NCBI GenBank assembly: GCA_963728205.1
Contig: CAVSIV010000006.1
Location: forward strand, 352,001-416,000
Direction of reading: 5' to 3'
From: an uncultured Chloroflexia bacterium
GTDB taxonomy: Bacteria; Chloroflexota; Dehalococcoidia; UBA2979
Length of the DNA stretch: 64,000 nt
The position numbers and the translations under genes were made by a program. Below the pieces are notes generated by a model. It did no database searches. It had not been told where the DNA came from and saw only the letters and a program-made list of their open reading frames with translations. The number at the start of each line of letters is the position of its first letter. Position 1 is the stretch's first letter. Shown here one piece after another: positions 40,793 through 49,970 of the stretch.

Positions 40793-41494
40793 ATGAAGAC
40801 GATCCTCGTCGTCGACGACGAGCCGAAGATCGTGGCGATCGCCCGCGACTACCTGCGGCAGGCCGGCTTCGACGTGGTCGCGGCCGCCGACGGCGAGGCG
40901 GCGATCGCCACGGCGCGCGAGCGACGGCCCGACCTGGTCGTGCTCGACCTCGGGCTGCCGCGGATCGACGGGCTCGACGTCGCGCGCACGCTGCGCGCCG
41001 GCGGCGACGTCCCGATCGTCATGCTCACCGCGCGCGACGACGAACTCGACCGCGTGCTCGGCCTCGAGCTCGGCGCCGACGACTACATCACGAAGCCGTT
41101 CAGCCCGCGTGAGCTCGTCGCGCGGGTGCGCGCCGTGCTGCGGCGCAGCGAGCGCCAGGCAGCCGCGCCCGCCGGCGACGACGGCGCCGAGCGCATCGTC
41201 GCCGGCGACGTCGTGCTCGACGTGGAGCGCATGCGCGTCGCCGTCGCGGGCCGGCCGGTCGACGTCACGCCGACCGAGTTCGCGCTGCTCGCGACGCTGG
41301 CGCGGCGGCCGGGGCGCATCTTCACGCGGTCGCAGCTGCTCGACGCGATCCACGGCGTGGCGTTCGAGTCCTACGAGCGCGCGATCGACACGCACGTGAA
41401 GAACCTGCGCCGCAAGCTCGAGCCCGAGCCGCACCGGCCGCGCTACCTGCTGACGGTGCACGGCGTCGGCTACCGCTTCGCCGACGATGACTGA
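40793..41494 (+). CDS. OmpR/PhoB-family response regulator
   Basis: ILVVDDE, LDLGLP, GADDYITKPF, TVHGVGYRF. Confidence 0.96.
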   Translation: MKTILVVDDEPKIVAIARDYLRQAGFDVVAAADGEAAIATARERRPDLVVLDLGLPRIDGLDVARTLRAGGDVPIVMLTARDDELDRVLGLELGADDYITKPFSPRELVARVRAVLRRSERQAAAPAGDDGAERIVAGDVVLDVERMRVAVAGRPVDVTPTEFALLATLARRPGRIFTRSQLLDAIHGVAFESYERAIDTHVKNLRRKLEPEPHRPRYLLTVHGVGYRFADDD

Positions 41495-42641
41495 GCCCAC
41501 CGGGCCGGGCCGCGGCGAGATCCCGTCGCCTCGTCGCCGCGGTCCGCCGCACCGCCCGCCGTGGTGGCCCGAGGGCGAGGTGTGGCCGCCGCGCAGCGGA
41601 CTCGGCGGGCCGCCGCCGATGGTGTTCGCGCGTCGCATCGGGCGCGTGCTGCTCGTGGCCGCGCTGCTCGCCGTCGCCGGCCTCGTCGCGACGGCGGTGG
41701 CGTGGCATCGCGCCGGCCCCGCCGCCAGCGCGGCGGTGCTCTTCGTCTCGCTCGTGCTGCTGGTACTGCTCGCGGGAGCGTCGTTCGCGGCGTTCGGCGC
41801 GCGCCGGATCGCGGTGCCGCTGGAGGACCTCGCCGGCGCGGCGCAGCGCGTGGCCGCGGGCGACTACGCGGCGCGCGTGTCGGCGCGGCCGTGGGGGCCG
41901 CCGTCGCTGCGCGGGCTGATGCGCGCGTTCAACACGATGGCCGAGCGCCTGGAGGCCGACGCCGGCCAGCGCCGCCGGCTGCTCGCGAACACGAGCCACG
42001 AGCTGCGCACGCCGCTGACGAGCCTGCAGGGCGAGCTCGAGGCGATGCTCGACGGCGTGCACCCTGCCGACGCCGCGCACCTGCGCAGCGCGCTCGAGGA
42101 GTCGCGCGTGCTGGCACGCCTCGTCGACGATCTGCGCACGCTGGCGCTCGCCGAGTCAGGCGGGCTGCGGCTGCACCCGGAGCCGGTCGACGTCGCCGCG
42201 CTCGCGCGCGAGGCGGCGGCGGGGCTGGAGGCGACGGCCACGGCGGCCGGGGTGCGGGTGGCGGTGGAGGGTCCGGCGGGCGACGGGGCGGCGGTGGTGA
42301 GCGCCGACCCACTGCGGGTGCGGCAGGTGATCGTGAACCTCGTGGCGAACGCCCTGCGCTACGCGCCGCGCGACAGCGCGGTGACGGTGCGCGTCGAGGG
42401 GCTCGCCGGCCGCGTCGCGGTGAGCGTGCAGGACGCGGGGCCGGGGATCGCGCCGGAGGTGCTGCCGCGCGCGTTCGAGCGCTTCGCGCGCGGGGCGGAC
42501 TCGGACGCCGGCGGCGGGTCGGGGTTGGGGCTCGCGATCGCGCGCGAGCTGGTGGAGGCGCACGGCGGCACGATCGTCGCGGAGCGGCCGCCGGAGGGCG
42601 GGACGCGCGTGCGGTTCGAGCTGCCCGCGGAGGTCGCGTAA
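41487..42641 (+). CDS. HAMP-domain sensor histidine kinase (BaeS-like)
   Basis: Two TMs, AFNTMAERL, SHELRTPL, NLVANA, GSGLGLAI. Confidence 0.95.
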   Translation: MTEPTGPGRGEIPSPRRRGPPHRPPWWPEGEVWPPRSGLGGPPPMVFARRIGRVLLVAALLAVAGLVATAVAWHRAGPAASAAVLFVSLVLLVLLAGASFAAFGARRIAVPLEDLAGAAQRVAAGDYAARVSARPWGPPSLRGLMRAFNTMAERLEADAGQRRRLLANTSHELRTPLTSLQGELEAMLDGVHPADAAHLRSALEESRVLARLVDDLRTLALAESGGLRLHPEPVDVAALAREAAAGLEATATAAGVRVAVEGPAGDGAAVVSADPLRVRQVIVNLVANALRYAPRDSAVTVRVEGLAGRVAVSVQDAGPGIAPEVLPRAFERFARGADSDAGGGSGLGLAIARELVEAHGGTIVAERPPEGGTRVRFELPAEVA

Positions 42642-42656
42642 CCCCCGGAGCACCGA

Positions 42657-43060
42657 CGCAAGCGGCGGCAGACACGCCGCCGACGCTCCCGCGGGCGTCC
42701 GCCCGCAAGCGGCGGCAGACACGCCGCCGACGCTCCCGCGGGCGTCCGCCCGCAAGCGGCGGCCGACACGCCGCCGACGCTGCCGCGGGCGTCCGCCCGC
42801 AAGCGGCGGCAGACACGCCGCCGACGCTCCCGCGGGCGTCCGCCCGCAAGCGGCGGCAGACACGCCGCCGACGCTCCCGCGGGCGACCGCCCGCAAGCGG
42901 CGGCGGACACGCCGCCGACGCTCCCGCGGGCGTCCGCCCGCAAGCGGCGGCGGACACGCCGCCGACGCTGCCGCGGGCATCCGCCCGCAAGCGGCGGCAG
43001 ACACGCCGCCGACGCTGCCGCGGGCATCCGCCCGCAAGCGGCGGCAGACACGCCGCCGCT
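42657..43060. repeat. 47-bp tandem array, 8 full copies plus a partial, two hairpins per unit
   Basis: Unit CGCAAGCGGCGGCAGACACGCCGCCGACGCTCCCGCGGGCGTCCGCC starts at 42657, 42704, 42751, 42798, 42845, 42892, 42939, 42986 and 43033. Confidence 0.95.
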
Positions 43061-43804
43061 GAGCGGGAGGTCGATGAACGCGCGGAGCTGATCGTGGCGG
43101 ACATCGTGCACGATCCGCGAGCGCGCGACCCGGTGGTACTCGTTGTACAGGTGGCCGGGGTGGTGGATCGCGTTCCAGAGCGCGAGGAACGCGCGCTCCA
43201 GCAGCTGGGTGTGCAGCACGGCGCGTCGCGTCTGACCGCGGCCCGTGTACTTCGCGCCGATCGGCGCCATCGCCCAGAAGAAGTCGAGCTGGCGCTGCAC
43301 CGTCTCGTGCAGGCGGTCGGCCGCCGGCGCCTGCGGCTCCGGGGCGACCGCGACCGGCTCCTTCTCGACGAGCACCCGCGCCGCGGCCGGCCGCACGGCG
43401 AGGGTCGCGGGACCCACGTTCCAGTCGATCTCGACCGGGCCGGGGGAGTAGGCGATCCAGAAGCGGCCACCCGGCACGCTGTCGGACGGAATCCCCGCCT
43501 GGACGAGGAGCAGCGGGCCTACCGCCTCGAAGAAGGGGCGGGGCGACTCGAGGATCACGTCGAGGGCCTCGTCGCGCACGACGACGTGGAGGTCGAGGTC
43601 GCTCCACTCGTCGGCTTCGCCGCGACCGAAGGAGCCGGAAAGCCACGCGGCGACGACGCGGTCGTCGCGGGTGAAGGCGTCGACGAGCCGCTCGATGGCG
43701 GCTTCTCGCGCGGCGGCGAGGTCCGCGAGGGTGAGGTCGGGCACCGGGCCGGACATGCGGGCATCGAAGGCCGCCGCGTCAGTGGGCAGGGGCGCCTTCG
43801 GCAT
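43061..43804 (-). CDS. Pol-beta-type nucleotidyltransferase; frame runs into the repeat array
   Basis: DDRVVAAWLSGSFGRGEADEWSDLDL; no stop before the array. Confidence 0.8.
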
Positions 43805-44840
43805 GCTGCGAGGCCGCTACCGACGCGACGAGTGCCGCGCAGCCGACAGCCAAGAACATCGCCGCGAGGGCGAGCACCCACAACCCCGCGTGACTCCCGC
43901 GAGCAGGGACCACGTAGTAGGGCCGCGGTGCCGGCGCACCGGCCACGGCGACGTCCAGCCAGCGGGCGAACGCTGGTGGTGGCGTGTAGGACGGGTACGA
44001 CGGCCAGCCGTGCTGCCAGAGGAAGAGCGCATTGTGGGCGCGGGAGTACGTGTACTCGACGGCACGCCCCTCGGGGAGGCGCAGCACGACGGCGGTGTAG
44101 TGCTCCGCGGGCGCGTCGATGTCGGATGCGGGCACGTCCGCCGCGGGCTGCGCCATCAGTCCGGCGAACCGCCAGAAGTCGGACGCGTCCGCGCCCGCGA
44201 TCGGGTGGGCGTCGACCGCGACGGAGACCTCCTGGTGCAGCCGCCAGCGTGCCGCGACGAGCACCTCGAGCTCGGTGGGCGCGTCGGAGGGCAGCGCGCC
44301 GAGCGCGAGCAGCGACGCGTAGCGGTCGAGCAGCGCGCGGCGCGACGCGTCCGCGCGAAACCAGGCAGCCCCGTGCTCGCCGTCGACGGCGATCACGCCC
44401 TGCGATGGGTAGTAGACCCCCGTCGCGGTGAAGTCGGTTTCGCAGCCGGTGACGTGGGCCCCACATTGCCTGAGGACGGCCCAGTACCCGCTACGGATCG
44501 TGATGCCACTCCCGAGCGAGGCGGGGGGCCCGGCGATTGGCTGCGGGCCGACTCCGAGCTGCCAGAGAGCCTGCGAGTCGGGCACGGGGAGCGCAATCCA
44601 GTCGTCGGCCGTGCCGGGGCGCAGGATGGCGTCGGGAAGGCCCTTCGCGGCGGCGCGCGATGGCGGCCCGGCGAAGAGGAGTGTGGCGGCGAATGCCAGC
44701 AGCGCGACGGTGACCGCCAGCGCGACGCCAACAGCGCGTGCTACGAGCGGCGCCTGGTGAAGGTGCCGGTCGGCACGGAACGCGGAGGCGACCACCGGCA
44801 CCTTCACCAGGCGCCGCTCGAACCTGCGTCCTCGTCTCAT
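43779..44840 (-). CDS. Secreted, C-terminally anchored protein; paralog of 20753-21845
   Basis: Signal ending AAA-KG; shared motifs; ATGA overlap with the upstream gene. Confidence 0.75.
   Translation of the reverse strand: MRRGRRFERRLVKVPVVASAFRADRHLHQAPLVARAVGVALAVTVALLAFAATLLFAGPPSRAAAKGLPDAILRPGTADDWIALPVPDSQALWQLGVGPQPIAGPPASLGSGITIRSGYWAVLRQCGAHVTGCETDFTATGVYYPSQGVIAVDGEHGAAWFRADASRRALLDRYASLLALGALPSDAPTELEVLVAARWRLHQEVSVAVDAHPIAGADASDFWRFAGLMAQPAADVPASDIDAPAEHYTAVVLRLPEGRAVEYTYSRAHNALFLWQHGWPSYPSYTPPPAFARWLDVAVAGAPAPRPYYVVPARGSHAGLWVLALAAMFLAVGCAALVASVAASQHAEGAPAH
44744..44820. repeat. Perfect 27-bp inverted repeat with a 23-nt loop
   Basis: CGAGCGGCGCCTGGTGAAGGTGCCGGT ... ACCGGCACCTTCACCAGGCGCCGCTCG. 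Confidence 0.9.
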
Positions 44841-45640
44841 GGCAGCGTCCTCGCGATGGCGAGCGCCGCGTCGAGCGGCAGCTCGGTCTCGATGCGGTAG
44901 TACGACTCCACGCCGCGCCAGATCAGGACGTGGCTCGAAATCGTGCGGCGCGCGCTCTTCACCTCGTGTCCCTGCGCGTCGTAGAAGCGGGCGTCGTACG
45001 GGCCGCTGACCAGCCAGTACGCCGGCGTGCCGTTCACGTTCGGCGTCTCGACCTGGGCGCTCTCCGGCAGCCCCTTGCCGACGAACCCACCGCCGCGCGT
45101 CTGCCAGAGGTCGAAGTCGGGGTACTCGAGGATGAGCAGCGCCTGATTGCCCCACTCGGCGAGATACACGCCGTCGGGCGTGCCCTGTCCAGCGGGCAGC
45201 GCCGGGTCGAAGCCGAGGACCGCGGGTGCATCCGCGAGCGTGATGGGTCGTGCGTACTCCCACGGCGGTATGGAGATGGGAGGCTGCGTGGGAATCGACG
45301 GCGTGATTGCGGGGGCCGCCGCGGCGGGGGGTTGCGTCGTCGGCATGGGGGTCGGCGTCAGCCGCTCGATGCGCTCGCCGGGCACGAGCCCGAAGAACTC
45401 GCCGACGGCGTGGCGGCTTGTCGGCAGCGCCAGCGTGAGGCCGACCGCGGCGAGCACGAGCGCCAGCGCGGCGAACGCCACGCGGCGGCGCAGCGCGACG
45501 GCGCTCGGCGACGGCGCGCCGCCGGCCGCCACCGCCGCCAGCGTGCGCGCACGCAGGTCGGGCGTCGGCGGATAGTCGATCCGCGGCGCGACGTCGGCGA
45601 TCAGACGCGCCTCGTAGCCGCCGGGCTCAGCCCTGGCCAT
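44837..45640 (-). CDS. Putative membrane anti-sigma factor
   Basis: Overlaps the ECF stop; short cytoplasmic N-terminus, TM, then VNGTPAYW...LIW.....YRIE...L..ALAIA (DUF4367-like). Confidence 0.7.
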   Translation of the reverse strand: MARAEPGGYEARLIADVAPRIDYPPTPDLRARTLAAVAAGGAPSPSAVALRRRVAFAALALVLAAVGLTLALPTSRHAVGEFFGLVPGERIERLTPTPMPTTQPPAAAAPAITPSIPTQPPISIPPWEYARPITLADAPAVLGFDPALPAGQGTPDGVYLAEWGNQALLILEYPDFDLWQTRGGGFVGKGLPESAQVETPNVNGTPAYWLVSGPYDARFYDAQGHEVKSARRTISSHVLIWRGVESYYRIETELPLDAALAIARTLP

Positions 45641-46271
45641 CGTCCGCCCCTTCGATCAGATCCACCGCGTCCGCTGCGTTGCCCGCTCCGCTGTCGCCCG
45701 GCGCGAGCGCCGGGTAGCGCGACTCGATCACTTCGCGCAGCCGCGCCCCCGCGCGACTCAGGCGCGACTTCACCGTCCCCGGCCGCACACCCAGCGCCGT
45801 CGCCATCTCGCTCTCCGGCAGCTCGAGGAAGTGCCGGAGGTAGAGGACGACCTGGTCGTCGTCGCGCAGCTCGCGGAGCGCGCGCAGCAGCGCCGCGTCG
45901 CGCTCGTCGCGGACAACGCGCGTCGCCGGGTCGTCGCCGCGCGGCGGGGCCGCCGGCGCGCGGCGCAGCACGTGCTCCGCCAGCCCGCGGCGGCGGCCGC
46001 GCGCGCGGACCTCGTTCAGCGCGAGGTTCGTGACGATGCGCAGCAGCCACGGCCGGAACGGCGCGCCGGTGCGGAAGCGCGCGAGGCCGCGATAGGCACG
46101 GATGAACGCCTCCTGCGCGACGTCCTCCGCCGCGTCGGCGTCGCGCACGACGAGGTAGGCCGCGCGGAAGGCGACCTCCTGGTAGCGCGCGACGAGGGGG
46201 CCGAACGACTGCGCGTCCCCGTCGAGCGTCGCGCGCACGGCAGCGTCGTCGGCGGCCTGCGCGTCCTGCAT
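45627..46271 (-). CDS. ECF RNA polymerase sigma factor
   Basis: AEDVAQEAF...FRPWLLRIVTN; EMATALGVRPGTVKSRLSRA. Confidence 0.95.
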   Translation of the reverse strand: MQDAQAADDAAVRATLDGDAQSFGPLVARYQEVAFRAAYLVVRDADAAEDVAQEAFIRAYRGLARFRTGAPFRPWLLRIVTNLALNEVRARGRRRGLAEHVLRRAPAAPPRGDDPATRVVRDERDAALLRALRELRDDDQVVLYLRHFLELPESEMATALGVRPGTVKSRLSRAGARLREVIESRYPALAPGDSGAGNAADAVDLIEGADDGQG

Positions 46272-46280
46272 GCACGAGTG

Positions 46281-46308
46281 ATACACCGCGAGGGGCGGCG
46301 CGGTTCCC
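46281..46308 (-). promoter_or_regulatory. ECF autoregulatory promoter GGGAACC-N14-GGTGTAT
   Basis: Lies 9 nt upstream of the sigma ATG. Confidence 0.75.
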
Positions 46309-46398
46309 GGCGATGGTGGTGGCAGACGCGGAGCGAGGAAACGGAGCCTGGTGCGATCCGCGCACCGTCGCGACTGTCGTGCCCGCGAAGGAGATACC

Positions 46399-46426
46399 GG
46401 GAACCGATACTTCGCCGCCGGTGTAT
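46399..46426 (+). promoter_or_regulatory. ECF promoter GGGAACC-N14-GGTGTAT
   Basis: Lies 7 nt upstream of ATG 46434. Confidence 0.75.
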
Positions 46427-46433
46427 TCGACGC

Positions 46434-48074
46434 ATGCTGGACCGCAGACGCCCGCTCGCCCGCTGGATGCCCGTTCCCGTTGTGGCACTGGTCGTTGCGC
46501 TCCTCGCGGGCGCGTGCGCCGGCGGAGCATCCGGCACGCCGAGCGGAAGCGCGGCGACCCGAACGGCTACCGCCGGAGCGACCGCCACGGCACCGGCTCC
46601 AGCGACCCCGGGGCCATCGACCACTCGCGCGGCGCCGACGCCAGCACCGGCGCAGCCGCCGGCCGCGACGCCGGCGCCTCCAGCCGCTCCGCCGATCGCC
46701 TCCGACGACGCCCTAGTGGTTCTTCCCGCGCCAGCCAGCTCTTCGCCGCCCAGCAACCCGACTCAGCTCCTCCAGCCCGTCGCGCCCTCGAGCGCCGATG
46801 TAGCGGACCATCCGCCCCTCGCGATCGGCCTGTTCGGCGGGCTGCACGCCGTCTCTCCCGACGGCAAGTTCCTCGCGCTTTCGGTCTCGGCCCCCGGGGA
46901 CAGCACACGATGGCTCCAGGTGATCGACCTCGACACCTGGCTTCCCGTGCCCCTGCCCGACCACACGGGGGGTGGGACGCTGGAGCCCGTCCTGCGATGG
47001 CTGGGCTGGGGCCCGGACGACCGGCACGTCTATGCAGTCGGCGGGAACCTCCCCGGGGGCGAGCTCTGGGACGTCGATCTCCTACAGGGCACCGCGCGCC
47101 GCCTCGCGACGCTCGATTACGAGCGTCCGTGGGCGAGCCCACGCGTCTCGGCCGACGGCGCCACTGTCTACCTGTTCGGCGCACGCTCGTTCGACGCCGG
47201 CGGCGATATCGCCGCCGGCGTCCCGTTCGTCGAAGCGATCGACGCGCGCACCGGTGCCGTCCGCGGCGAGGTGGACCTGGCGAGCGTTCACGTCTGGGGC
47301 AGCATGCAGGAGGTGCCGCCCGGCAGCAGGCCCTACGCCGTGGTCCCCGTCCCGGGAGTGGCGATGTCGCCGGACGGCTCGCTGCTCTACGTCGTGCACG
47401 GCGACGCGGACCGCGTCACGGTGGTCGACCTTCTCTCGCTCACGGTCGAGCGGACCGTGGAACTCGCGCGCTCGCAGTCGACGCTCGCGCGCGCCGGGGG
47501 CTGGCTGCGCGATCGCTTCGCGCAGAGGGCGGAGGCCAAGGGCGGCGTCTACCGCTCGAAGCGCGCGCTGGTCTCGCCGGACGGCCACCGGCTGTACGTC
47601 ACCGGGACGGCCGATCTCACGTGCGCCGGGCAGCCCACGTTTCCGTGCGTCGAGGGCAACCCGATCGGCCTCGAGGTCGTGGACCTGCAGTCGATGCGCA
47701 TCGTCCGTGAGATCCCGGGCTTCAGCACCCTCGCCACGTCGCCCGACGGACGGTGGCTCGTGGGCTACGGCGACGCGGCCGACTACCGCCACCCGGCCGC
47801 CGACGGCAGCGGGACGATGATCGGGTTCGGCGCGACGATCATCGACACGTCGTCGTGGTGCGTGGCGCGCGTGGCGCCGGGCGTCCCGTTCACGCAGGTC
47901 GCCGTCTCGCGCGACGGGCGGTTCGCCTACCTCGTCTCGCAGGTACCGGGCGACGAGGCGAAGCCGTCCCTGACGGTCGTCGAGCTCGCGACGGGGAAGG
48001 TGAGTGGCCGGCGCGCGATCGACGGCGGCTGGATCACGCTGATCGGGCTCGAGCCTGGGACAACTGCGTGGTGA
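46434..48074 (+). CDS. YncE-like beta-propeller lipoprotein
   Basis: LAGAC lipobox, Pro/Thr linker, repeated SPDG..LYV blades. Confidence 0.82.
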   Translation: MLDRRRPLARWMPVPVVALVVALLAGACAGGASGTPSGSAATRTATAGATATAPAPATPGPSTTRAAPTPAPAQPPAATPAPPAAPPIASDDALVVLPAPASSSPPSNPTQLLQPVAPSSADVADHPPLAIGLFGGLHAVSPDGKFLALSVSAPGDSTRWLQVIDLDTWLPVPLPDHTGGGTLEPVLRWLGWGPDDRHVYAVGGNLPGGELWDVDLLQGTARRLATLDYERPWASPRVSADGATVYLFGARSFDAGGDIAAGVPFVEAIDARTGAVRGEVDLASVHVWGSMQEVPPGSRPYAVVPVPGVAMSPDGSLLYVVHGDADRVTVVDLLSLTVERTVELARSQSTLARAGGWLRDRFAQRAEAKGGVYRSKRALVSPDGHRLYVTGTADLTCAGQPTFPCVEGNPIGLEVVDLQSMRIVREIPGFSTLATSPDGRWLVGYGDAADYRHPAADGSGTMIGFGATIIDTSSWCVARVAPGVPFTQVAVSRDGRFAYLVSQVPGDEAKPSLTVVELATGKVSGRRAIDGGWITLIGLEPGTTAW

Positions 48075-48235
48075 TGCCGGGCGGGGTCGCGCTCTCTCGT
48101 CGCTCGCCGGCACCATGACGCTTCGCGCTGCCGAGGAAGAGCCGCAGCGACGAAGGGAACGCCCTGCCGGTCCGTTGTTCGCGGTTGCACCATCGAGACG
48201 CTGGCGCCCTCCCGTTAGCCGCGAGGCGCCCGGTG

Positions 48236-48273
48236 TGTTGACAACACACAACGCCCGTTGCACACTGTCAACA
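48236..48273 (+). promoter_or_regulatory. Palindromic operator overlapping a TTGACA-N17-CACACT promoter
   Basis: TGTTGACA...CAACG-CC-CGTTG...TGTCAACA, ending on the A of the ATG. Confidence 0.7.
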
Positions 48274-48515
48274 TGCCGAGGCGACGGCATCCCAAGCCGC
48301 CCGTCGAGCGCGCGCTGGCCGCCGCCGAGTCGGCCGGGTGGAGCGTCGAGCCCACCGGCGCCGGGCACCGCTGGGGAGTGATGCGCTGCGCGGAAGCGTC
48401 ACGCGCCGGCTGCCAGGTCTCGGTCTGGTCGACGCCCCGCAGCCCGGACAACCACGCGAAGCAACTGCGGCGCGCGCTGGAGCGCTGCCCGCACGTGCAG
48501 GGGAACGTGCCATGA
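48273..48515 (+). CDS. HicA-like small basic protein (putative toxin)
   Basis: AESAGWSV...GHRWG..RC...VSVWSTP. Confidence 0.65.
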   Translation: MPRRRHPKPPVERALAAAESAGWSVEPTGAGHRWGVMRCAEASRAGCQVSVWSTPRSPDNHAKQLRRALERCPHVQGNVP

Positions 48516-49057
48516 CCACCTACCAGTTCACGCTAATGGTCGAAGGTCCCGACCTCCAGGACGAGGCGCATGCTTCCGCGCTCTTCGCGGCCGGGTGCGA
48601 CGACGCGACCGTCGGGCGCGTCGGCACCGTGCAGTACCTCGACTTCGACCGCGAGGCCAAGACGTTCGCGGACGCCGTGTTCGAGGCGACGGCGGCGGTG
48701 GAGTCCGCGGTGCCCGGCGCGCGCGTCGTGCACCTCGAGCCGGACGACCTGGTCACGATGGCGGAGATCGCGGAGCGCACGGGCCGCACGCGCGAGAGCG
48801 TCCGACTGCTGATCGCCGGCGAGCGCGGCGGCGGCGACTTCCCGGCGCCGGCCACGCACCTCAAGCGCCGGCAGCGGCTGTGGCGCTGGCAGGAGGTCGC
48901 GGCGTGGTTCGCGCGTCATTCGGGCGCGGCGGAGCCGGGCGACGATCCGCAGCGCGCGCGCTTCACCACCGCGTTCAACGCCGGCCTCACGCTGCGCGCC
49001 GTCCACGACGACGTCCCGGCGTACGACCTGCGACGCATCCGCGACCTCGCGAAGTAG
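48512..49057 (+). CDS. HicB-like + HTH DNA-binding protein (putative antitoxin)
   Basis: ALFAAGCDDA...FDREA; DLVTMAEIAERTGRTRESVR...FPAP...LWRW; ATGA overlap. Confidence 0.65.
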   Translation: MTTYQFTLMVEGPDLQDEAHASALFAAGCDDATVGRVGTVQYLDFDREAKTFADAVFEATAAVESAVPGARVVHLEPDDLVTMAEIAERTGRTRESVRLLIAGERGGGDFPAPATHLKRRQRLWRWQEVAAWFARHSGAAEPGDDPQRARFTTAFNAGLTLRAVHDDVPAYDLRRIRDLAK

Positions 49058-49133
49058 GTCTGGCGGAGCGGCGCCGGATCGCTCCGGCGCGGTGGACGGG
49101 GTAAATCGGCCGTCGGCGATCTCGGCTGCGGTC

Positions 49134-49907
49134 ATGCCCGGCCGCGGACGCCCGCCGCACCCCGACATCCTCACGCCGGCCGAGCGCCGCGTGCTCGACG
49201 AGGTGCGCGCCGGCCGCACGAACCCGGAGATCGCGGAACGGCTCGAGGTGAGCGTGAACACCGTGCGCTACCACGTCTCGAACATGCTGGCGAAGCTCGG
49301 GCTGCCCGACCGCCGCGCGCTGGCGGCGTGGCGCGAGTCGCCGGACCGGCGGCGGCCGTGGGCGGCGCTCGCGGCGGGGCTGATCGGCCGCGCGGCGGCA
49401 GCGGCGGCGGTCGTCGGAGCCGGCGGGATCGTCGCACTCGTCCTCGTCGCCGGGCTGCGCGGGGCACGGCACCCGTCCGCCACGACCACTCCCACGACCA
49501 CGCTGAGCCCCGCGGTCGTGGAGCAGGCGAGCCGGGCCTCGGACGTCCTGCCGGCCGCGGACGGCAGGCGACTGCCGACCTTCTTCGAGTACACGGTGCG
49601 CCCCGGCGACACGCTCGACGGCGTCGCGACCACATTCCACATCCCCGCAGGCGACGTCCAGCAGAGCAACCCCGCAGTCGGATCCGACCCGACTGCCGCG
49701 TTGACCACCGGCGTGACGCTGCGCATCCCCGCCGTGTCGGGCGTCCTCTACCAGGTGCGTCCCGGCGACACGCTCGCGTCGATCGCGCGCGCGTACGGCG
49801 TCGCGGAGCGCGACATCGTCGCCTTCGTCGCGAACGGGCTGAGCGGCGGGGCCGCGCCGGAACCCGGGTCGCTCATCCTCATCCCGGGCGGCCGCGAACC
49901 GCGCTAG
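49134..49907 (+). CDS. LuxR-HTH / TM / 2x LysM one-component regulator
   Basis: RGRPPHPDILTPAE...EIAERLEVSVNTVRYHVSNMLAKL; TM; YTVRPGDTL and YQVRPGDTLASIA. Confidence 0.88.
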   Translation: MPGRGRPPHPDILTPAERRVLDEVRAGRTNPEIAERLEVSVNTVRYHVSNMLAKLGLPDRRALAAWRESPDRRRPWAALAAGLIGRAAAAAAVVGAGGIVALVLVAGLRGARHPSATTTPTTTLSPAVVEQASRASDVLPAADGRRLPTFFEYTVRPGDTLDGVATTFHIPAGDVQQSNPAVGSDPTAALTTGVTLRIPAVSGVLYQVRPGDTLASIARAYGVAERDIVAFVANGLSGGAAPEPGSLILIPGGREPR

Positions 49908-49970
49908 TCGCGAGACGGCGCCGCAGGATGCGAACCCTCTTCGCCTGCGAGCGAGCGCCCCAGCCGCCCC

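Noticed and set aside
42657-43060. CRISPR array
   Set aside because: Units are near-identical along their full 47 bp with no unique spacers, and there are no cas genes in the window.
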